64,000 bases of DNA, taken from Pseudomonadota bacterium. GTDB lineage: Bacteria; Pseudomonadota; Gammaproteobacteria; Pseudomonadales; Halomonadaceae. Below the pieces are notes generated by a model that did not search any database, had not been told where the DNA came from, and worked only from the letters and a program-made list of their open reading frames with translations. Both the position numbers and the translations under genes were made by a program. Below are positions 57,879-64,000 of the stretch, piece by piece; positions within the stretch are counted from its first letter, which is position 1; each line of letters begins with the position of its first letter. Location: positions 211 to 64,210 of the forward strand of contig JBNJGW010000004.1 of NCBI GenBank assembly GCA_051748005.1, in the 5' to 3' direction.

Positions 57879-58664
57879 ATGAGCCGATGGTCAACCCCTC
57901 AGCGTATCTGGCTGACCGGTGCGACATCCGGGATTGGTGAAGCTGTTGCCGTCAAACTGCTTGATGAAGGCCATCAGGTGGTACTTAGCGCCCGCAACGC
58001 TGACAAGCTCGCTGCACTGTGCGGTGAGCGCCCGAATGCCATTGCTCTTCCGCTGGATATCAGCGACCAACAGGCAGTACTCGATGCTGCCCAGCAGATT
58101 GAAAGCCGGCTGGGCGCCCTGGATATCGCCCTGCTCAACGCCGGCACCTGCGAGTACCTGGATGCCCAGGATTTTGATATGGCCCTGATCAAACGGGTCT
58201 TTGATGCCAACCTCTATGGCACCCTGTATTGCGTGGAAGCCGCCTTGCCGCTGCTGCGCGCTGCACGCAAGGAAGGCGGTCAGCCGTTGCTGGCAGCCAC
58301 TTCCAGCGCCTCTGCCTATGTGCCCTTGCCCCGCGCCGAGGCCTATGGCGGCTCCAAGGCGGCCATCAGCTATTTTCTGGAATCCCTGCGCCTGGGGCTG
58401 GATCAGGAAGGTATCCGGGTCAGCCTGATTCATCCTGGCTTTGTCAAAACCCCCTTGACCGACCTTAATGATTTCCCCATGCCGATGCGTATTTCCGCCG
58501 AGCAGGCAGCCGATGCGCTGCTCAACGGCCTGGCCAAAGGCCGGCTCGATATTCATTTTCCACGGCGTTTTACTTACATCGTCAAACTCTTAGGCATTCT
58601 GCCCCCGCGTTTACGCCACGCCATTGGTTTGCGCATGACCCGCTCGCAAGGAGAGCCGCAATGA
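57879..58664 (+). CDS. Short-chain dehydrogenase/reductase
   Basis: TGATSGIG, NAGTCEY, YGGSK, PGFVKTPLT. Confidence 0.92.
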   Translation: MSRWSTPQRIWLTGATSGIGEAVAVKLLDEGHQVVLSARNADKLAALCGERPNAIALPLDISDQQAVLDAAQQIESRLGALDIALLNAGTCEYLDAQDFDMALIKRVFDANLYGTLYCVEAALPLLRAARKEGGQPLLAATSSASAYVPLPRAEAYGGSKAAISYFLESLRLGLDQEGIRVSLIHPGFVKTPLTDLNDFPMPMRISAEQAADALLNGLAKGRLDIHFPRRFTYIVKLLGILPPRLRHAIGLRMTRSQGEPQ

Positions 58665-60049
58665 ATCAGCCTTCCACTTCACAGGCTAGCCCGCTTCAGG
58701 CCTCCCAGCGTATTGCCGTGGTGGGCAGCGGAGTCAGTGGCATGGCAGCGGCGTGGTATCTTTCGGCCCAGCATGAGGTCACCCTGTTCGAGTCCGCGGA
58801 GCGCCTCGGCGGCCATACCGCCACCATTGATGTGGAAGTACCCGGTAAAAACGGCCCGGAACACTACGCCATCGACACCGGCTTTATCGTCTTCAATGAC
58901 TGGACCTACCCGCACTTCCAGCGCCTGCTGGAGACCCTGGATGTCGCCGCCCAGCCCACCGAGATGAGCTTTTCGGTGCATGAAACCGACCAGGATTTTG
59001 AGTACAACGGCCACACCCTGACCTCGTTATTTGCTCAGCGGCGCAACCTGTTGCGCCCGTCCTTTTACCGCCTGCTTGGCGATATCATGCGCTTCAACCG
59101 CGAAGCCACCAAGGACCTTGACAGTGAGCGCCTGCCCGACGGCATGACGCTGGGTGAATACCTTGACCACAAGGGCTACGGCGAGGCCTTCCAGCGCCGC
59201 TATCTGCTGCCCATGGGGGCAGCCATCTGGTCGGCCAGTATCAGTGACCTGCGCGCCTTTCCGCTGACCTTTTTCGTACGCTTCTTCCGTAACCACGGTC
59301 TGCTATCGGTTAACCATCGGCCCCAGTGGTACACCCTGATCGGCGGTTCCCGGCAATATATTCCTGCCCTGACCGCGCCTTACGCCTCGCGCATCCGGCT
59401 GAACACCCCGGTCAAGGCGATTAGCCGCGACAGTGCCGGCGTTACGCTGACCACCGCTGACGGTAATGAACGCTTTGACCAGGTGGTACTGGCCTGCCAT
59501 AGCGATCAGGCACTGGCCATGCTCAGCGACCCGACCGAGGCCGAGCGTGAGGTTCTCGGTGCCATGCCCTATCAGGATAACGAGGTGGTACTGCATACCG
59601 ATACCCGCCTGCTGCCGCGTCGACGCCGCGCCTGGGCCAGCTGGAACTACCGCCTTGACCAGCGCGATGCCGGGGAGCGCGTGTCGGTGACTTATGATAT
59701 GAACATCCTCCAGCGCCTGGAGTCCGATACCACCTTTTGCGTCACCCTGAATGACAGCGACAGCATTGACCCGAACAAGGTGCTGGGCCGCTTCACCTAT
59801 GCCCACCCCCAGTTCACCCTTGACGGCTATGCCGCCCAGCAGCGCCATGCCGAGATCTCCGGCGTGGGCCGCACTCACTTCTGCGGCGCCTACTGGCGTA
59901 ACGGCTTTCATGAAGACGGCGTCTGGAGCGCTCTGCGAGTGGCCCGGGCACTGGGCTGTGACGAGGCCGCCCAACCCCCACAGACGCCGGATGCCCTGCC
60001 CGCCCATGAGCTGATGCCCCAACAGGGTATTGGCGAGGGGGTAGGATGA
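58661..60049 (+). CDS. FAD-dependent oxidoreductase (UfaD-like)
   Basis: VVGSGVSG, LGGH, DTGFIVFN, PMGAAIWS, AWASWNY, GFHEDG. Confidence 0.88.
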   Translation: MNQPSTSQASPLQASQRIAVVGSGVSGMAAAWYLSAQHEVTLFESAERLGGHTATIDVEVPGKNGPEHYAIDTGFIVFNDWTYPHFQRLLETLDVAAQPTEMSFSVHETDQDFEYNGHTLTSLFAQRRNLLRPSFYRLLGDIMRFNREATKDLDSERLPDGMTLGEYLDHKGYGEAFQRRYLLPMGAAIWSASISDLRAFPLTFFVRFFRNHGLLSVNHRPQWYTLIGGSRQYIPALTAPYASRIRLNTPVKAISRDSAGVTLTTADGNERFDQVVLACHSDQALAMLSDPTEAEREVLGAMPYQDNEVVLHTDTRLLPRRRRAWASWNYRLDQRDAGERVSVTYDMNILQRLESDTTFCVTLNDSDSIDPNKVLGRFTYAHPQFTLDGYAAQQRHAEISGVGRTHFCGAYWRNGFHEDGVWSALRVARALGCDEAAQPPQTPDALPAHELMPQQGIGEGVG

Positions 60050-60831
60050 CAGCAGACAGCACGCCACGCTCGCGTATCTATCGCGGCACCCTGCGCCATC
60101 GCCGCTTTACCCCGCGTGAGCACCATTTCAGCTACCAGGTATGGATGGCCTGGCTGGATCTGGACGAGCTGCCGAGCCTGTTTGATGGCGTGCCCGGTTT
60201 CAGTGCCCGCCGCAAGGCACTCGCACGTTTTCGGCGCGAGGATTACCTTGCCCCGGTCGAACTGCCCCTTAAAGAGGCCGTACGTCAGGAGCTGACCCGT
60301 CAGCTGGGCGAAGCACCCCAAGGGCGTATCTGCATTCTCACCCAGCTGCGCACCCTGGGCACCGTCTTCAACCCGATTTCGATGTACTACGCCTTTGACG
60401 AACAGGATCGTCTGGCCGCCGTGCTGGGTGAAGTCACCAATATGCCGTGGCGGGAACGTACCTGCTACGCCTGCCGGGTTGATTCAGCACGACACAGCCA
60501 TGGCGCCATCTTTGCCAAGGATATGCACGTTTCGCCGTTCAACCCCATGGATATGACTTACCGCTGGCGATTCAATACGCCTGGCGACAAACTATTGATA
60601 CATATGGAAAACTGGCATAACCAGCCGGCCAGCCACGCGCCTGCCCGCCAGTTTGATGCCACCCTGATGCTGGAAGCGGCACCGGCCACCCGCCGGGTGC
60701 TGCTTTCAACCCTGGCCCGCCAGCCGTGGATAAGCCTTAAAACCGTGGCGGGCATTCATTTTGAAGCGTTGCGCCTCTGGCTGAAACGCGTACCCATTTT
60801 TGACCATCCGCAACGCAAGGAGACGCCGTAA
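60046..60831 (+). CDS. DUF1365 family protein (UfaO-like)
   Basis: HRRFTP..HHFSY, FNPISMYY, EVTNMPW.ER, HVSPF, IHFEALRLWLK. Confidence 0.9.
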   Translation: MTADSTPRSRIYRGTLRHRRFTPREHHFSYQVWMAWLDLDELPSLFDGVPGFSARRKALARFRREDYLAPVELPLKEAVRQELTRQLGEAPQGRICILTQLRTLGTVFNPISMYYAFDEQDRLAAVLGEVTNMPWRERTCYACRVDSARHSHGAIFAKDMHVSPFNPMDMTYRWRFNTPGDKLLIHMENWHNQPASHAPARQFDATLMLEAAPATRRVLLSTLARQPWISLKTVAGIHFEALRLWLKRVPIFDHPQRKETP

Positions 60832-62174
60832 TGACCCGTTTGCGCTCGTCACGCTCTGCAAACCCCAATATTGTCTCATCTGCGTCTCTGGCGGCGGCTC
60901 CCGCATCCACCGGCGCACCCGCCCAGAGCGACCTTTCCCAGACACCCCGCGAAGGCAGGCTGACCCGCTGGCTCAAGCCGCGGCTGATCAAGCAGCTGGA
61001 TGCCATGCAGGGCGGTCAGATTACCCTGATTGATGGCAGCCAGTCCTACCATCTTGGCCAGGGCGGCCCCCTGCAGGTAACCGTGGTAGTGCGCCACCCT
61101 CGCGCCTGGAAGCGCCTGGCGTTTGGTGGCACCGTAGGCGCCGCAGAATCCTATATGGATCATGACTGGGATGCCGATGATCTGGTGGCGCTGATTCGCC
61201 TGTTCGCCATCAACCTGGATCAGGTCAACGGTGAAATGGAAAATGGCAGCGCGCGCTTTACCCGCTGGCTTTTGAACCTGGCCTACCGTTTCCAGCGCAA
61301 CAGCGTTACCGGCTCCAAGCGCAATATTGCCGCGCACTATGATATTGGCAATGATCTGTTTGCGACTTTTCTTGACCAGGCTCACTGGATGTATTCCAGC
61401 GCCGTCTTTCCCTACCCGGAAGCCAGCCTGGAGGAAGCCTCTACCTACAAGCTGGATATCATGCTCGAAAAGCTGGATGTCCAGGCTCACCACCACCTGC
61501 TGGAGATCGGCACCGGATGGGGTGGACTGGCCATTCATGCGGCCAAGAGCCGGGGCTGCAAGGTCACCACCACGACCATTTCCGAAGAGCAGTACAACCA
61601 CACCGCCGAGCGCATCCAGCAGGAAGGCCTTGAAGACCAGATCACCCTGCTCAAACAGGATTACCGCGAACTTACCGGCACCTTTGATCGGGTGATTTCC
61701 GTTGAGATGATTGAAGCCGTGGGCCATCAGTACCTGGATACCTATCTGGCCAAGATCGACAGCCTGCTCAACGCTGAAGGCCAGGCCATGCTGCAGGCGA
61801 TCACCATTCGCGACCAGCGTTTTGAATCCGCCAAGCGGGATATGGACTTTATCAAGCGCTATATCTTCCCCGGCGGCTTTCTACCCTCGCACCACGCCAT
61901 GCTGTCCAGCGTGATGCGCAAGACGTCGCTCAATATGGTAGCCCTGGATGAAATCGGCCAGCACTACGCCCGTACTCTGCGCGAATGGCGCCACCGTTTC
62001 GAGGCCAGCCTGGAGACAGTGCGCGCCCAGGGCTACGACGAGCGCTTTATCCGCATGTGGCGCTATTACCTGTGCTACTGCGAAGGTGGCTTTATTGAGC
62101 GCTCGATTGGTACCTGCCATCTGGTGCTCGCCAAGCCTCAAGCCAAACCGTCACCGCTGACCGGCGCGCCATGA
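60831..62174 (+). CDS. Cfa/UfaM-like SAM-dependent fatty-acyl methyltransferase
   Basis: NIAAHYDIGN, LEIGTGWG, SVEMIEAVG, YIFPGG, RMWRYYLCYCEGGF. Confidence 0.93.
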   Translation: MTRLRSSRSANPNIVSSASLAAAPASTGAPAQSDLSQTPREGRLTRWLKPRLIKQLDAMQGGQITLIDGSQSYHLGQGGPLQVTVVVRHPRAWKRLAFGGTVGAAESYMDHDWDADDLVALIRLFAINLDQVNGEMENGSARFTRWLLNLAYRFQRNSVTGSKRNIAAHYDIGNDLFATFLDQAHWMYSSAVFPYPEASLEEASTYKLDIMLEKLDVQAHHHLLEIGTGWGGLAIHAAKSRGCKVTTTTISEEQYNHTAERIQQEGLEDQITLLKQDYRELTGTFDRVISVEMIEAVGHQYLDTYLAKIDSLLNAEGQAMLQAITIRDQRFESAKRDMDFIKRYIFPGGFLPSHHAMLSSVMRKTSLNMVALDEIGQHYARTLREWRHRFEASLETVRAQGYDERFIRMWRYYLCYCEGGFIERSIGTCHLVLAKPQAKPSPLTGAP

Positions 62175-62695
62175 ACCAGGCAACTGCGCCCCGCTGGCCC
62201 AAGCTGGTCTTCAATCTGGTAGGGTTTGAGGCCGGCTGGCTGCTGTGTGTGCTGGGAGGCTCTTGGGTGGCGCTGGCCACTGGCCTTGTGCTGATTGGCG
62301 GGCACCTGCGGTTTATTGCTCGCCCTGGTGAGTGGCGCCTGCTGGCAGGCTTTGCAGGGCTGGGACTACTGCTGGATGGCAGCCTGACGCTGCTGGGCGG
62401 GTTTGATTTCAGCGGTCATAACCAGCTGTTCGGGTTACTGCCGCTGTGGTTCTGGATGCTATGGCCACTGTTTGCCACCCTGCTGGCGCATTCGCTGACC
62501 TGGCTATGGCGCCTGCCCTGGCTGGCTGCCGTGGCCGGCGCTGTCAGCGGGCCCCTTTCCTACTACGGCGGCGGTGTGCTGGCCGGCGTGAGCCTGGCAC
62601 CCTGGTTGCTCCCCGTGCAGGCGCTGATCTGGGGGTTGCTATGCTATCTGCTGGCACGTAATGCAGCGCGACTTGGGTTGGTGAGTAGTCGGTGA
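62171..62695 (+). CDS. DUF2878 family membrane protein
   Basis: NLVGFEAGWLLCVLG, PLWFWMLWPLFAT, GPLSY; usual neighbour of this cluster. Confidence 0.85.
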   Translation: MNQATAPRWPKLVFNLVGFEAGWLLCVLGGSWVALATGLVLIGGHLRFIARPGEWRLLAGFAGLGLLLDGSLTLLGGFDFSGHNQLFGLLPLWFWMLWPLFATLLAHSLTWLWRLPWLAAVAGAVSGPLSYYGGGVLAGVSLAPWLLPVQALIWGLLCYLLARNAARLGLVSSR

Positions 62696-62707
62696 ATAGT
62701 GAACAGG

Positions 62708-64000
62708 CTAGGATAGTTGGCGAGCTGGGGTCAGGCCTGCGACTCCAGCATTGCTGGCGCTGGAGCTGTTGTTTATCCATCGCTGCTCCAGGTCCGTGAT
62801 TGCCATGGGGCGGGCAAAGTAGAAGCCTTGCACCGCATGGCAGCCTGCTTCAACCAGAAAGCGGTTCTGCGCGTCGGTTTCTACCCCTTCTGCAATCACC
62901 GCAAGCCCCATCCCTTTGGCCATGGCCAATACCGCCTCAACGATGGACGCATCGGCTTTACTGTCAGGCAGTTCACGAATAAAGGCGCGATCCAGCTTTA
63001 CCTTGTCCACGGGCAGATGCTTCAGGTAGGCCAGCGACGAATAGCCGGTACCAAAATCATCAATGGCAATGGCAAACCCCTGTTCGCGCAGTAATTGCAG
63101 GCGCGGCCCCATATCCCCCGCACGTTCATCGAGCAGCACGGATTCCGTCAACTCCAGCCCCAGCTGGGAGGCCTTGATCCCGTAACGCTTGAGGCTACCG
63201 GCCAACTGGCTTTCCAGGTCACCGTGAAATAACTGCAAAGCTGAAATATTGATCCATACGGTAACGTTCGGCATGGCACTGTTCTGCCAGTGCGCCTGCT
63301 GGGCACAGGCCTTTTCAATCACCCAGTTGCCCAGCTCCGTCATCAGGCCATGACGCTCCGCCAGGGGGATGAAATCCCCCGGAGATATCATCCCATCACG
63401 CGGATGACGCCAGCGCAGCAGAGCTTCCATCCCCAGCAGCTCACCGCTCGCTGGGTGGTGCTGGGTCTGGTAGTGCAGTTCCAGCTGGTCGCCGGAAACC
63501 AGAGCAGTACGCAGATCACTGACCAGCGCCAGCTGCGGATTGTCCTGCTTATCCAAGGCCGGGCGGAAGCGCAGGTCACTGTTGCGCCCCAGGCGCTTGG
63601 CATTGTATAGCGCCGATTCCAGACGCTGGAACAGGACACCGGAATCCTTGCCATCTTCCGGCGCGCGGCAGCTGCCGATGGTCAGGCTCAAGCGCAACGA
63701 CTGATCCCTGATCTCGAACGGACGGCTCATATGGTCACGCAACCCGGCAATCCATTTATCATGGTCGTCAAAGGTGGTGGTGCGGATCGCCATAAATTCA
63801 TCGCCGCCGAGTCGCCCAACGGCGCCACCCGCCACATGGCTGGCCAGACGCTGGCCAAACATCGCCAGCAGGCGATCACCCAGCTCAACGCCCAGGCCAT
63901 CGTTAAAGGTTTTCAGGCCGTCAATATCCACAAGAGCGATATCCAGGCTTTCACCGGCGCGCAGATGGCGCAATCGCGAGGCGAGCAAATCGTGCAGACG
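62708..64000 (-). CDS. GGDEF-EAL diguanylate cyclase/phosphodiesterase (5' end outside window)
   Basis: DIDGLKTFND, RLGGDEF, EALLRW, ELTES, DDFGTGYSSL, AEGVET, QGFYF; frame open to 64000. Confidence 0.95.
   Translation of the reverse strand, partial: RLHDLLASRLRHLRAGESLDIALVDIDGLKTFNDGLGVELGDRLLAMFGQRLASHVAGGAVGRLGGDEFMAIRTTTFDDHDKWIAGLRDHMSRPFEIRDQSLRLSLTIGSCRAPEDGKDSGVLFQRLESALYNAKRLGRNSDLRFRPALDKQDNPQLALVSDLRTALVSGDQLELHYQTQHHPASGELLGMEALLRWRHPRDGMISPGDFIPLAERHGLMTELGNWVIEKACAQQAHWQNSAMPNVTVWINISALQLFHGDLESQLAGSLKRYGIKASQLGLELTESVLLDERAGDMGPRLQLLREQGFAIAIDDFGTGYSSLAYLKHLPVDKVKLDRAFIRELPDSKADASIVEAVLAMAKGMGLAVIAEGVETDAQNRFLVEAGCHAVQGFYFARPMAITDLEQRWINNSSSASNAGVAGLTPARQLS

Overview
GC-rich gammaproteobacterial chromosome segment; protein style and gene order suggest Halomonadaceae (inference). 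1-1.9 kb: EamA transporter (partial) and a D-Ala-D-Ala carboxypeptidase with a SPOR domain. 2.1-33.6 kb (minus strand): the core translation/transcription supercluster, i.e. tRNA-Tyr/Gly/Thr, tRNA-Trp, secE-nusG, rplKAJL, rpoBC, and the str, S10, spc and alpha operons, with no tufB after tRNA-Thr. 33.7-37.6 kb: coaX, birA, typA. 37.9-49.4 kb: an NSS symporter, a Liv-type ABC transporter split by a thioredoxin-like/chemoreceptor pair, a DASS transporter and a TlpA protein. 49.5-52.5 kb: rapA, followed by a CACGGA-based inverted repeat. 52.6-62.7 kb: a LitR/CarH-like regulator with photolyase and furan-fatty-acid-type genes. The window ends in a GGDEF-EAL gene. Top observations: (1) a ~55-nt near-copy of 23S rRNA helices 18-20 (uL4/uL24 binding region) directly against the rplC Shine-Dalgarno, a candidate rRNA-mimic autoregulatory element inside the S10 operon; (2) a Cys-rich thioredoxin-like membrane protein, possibly with a non-ATG start, paired with a His-rich HtrVIII-like chemoreceptor; (3) 11-bp-period CarH-type operator repeats, one set inside a coding sequence. 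All family calls and reference-sequence comparisons are from motif recognition and memory, not database searches.
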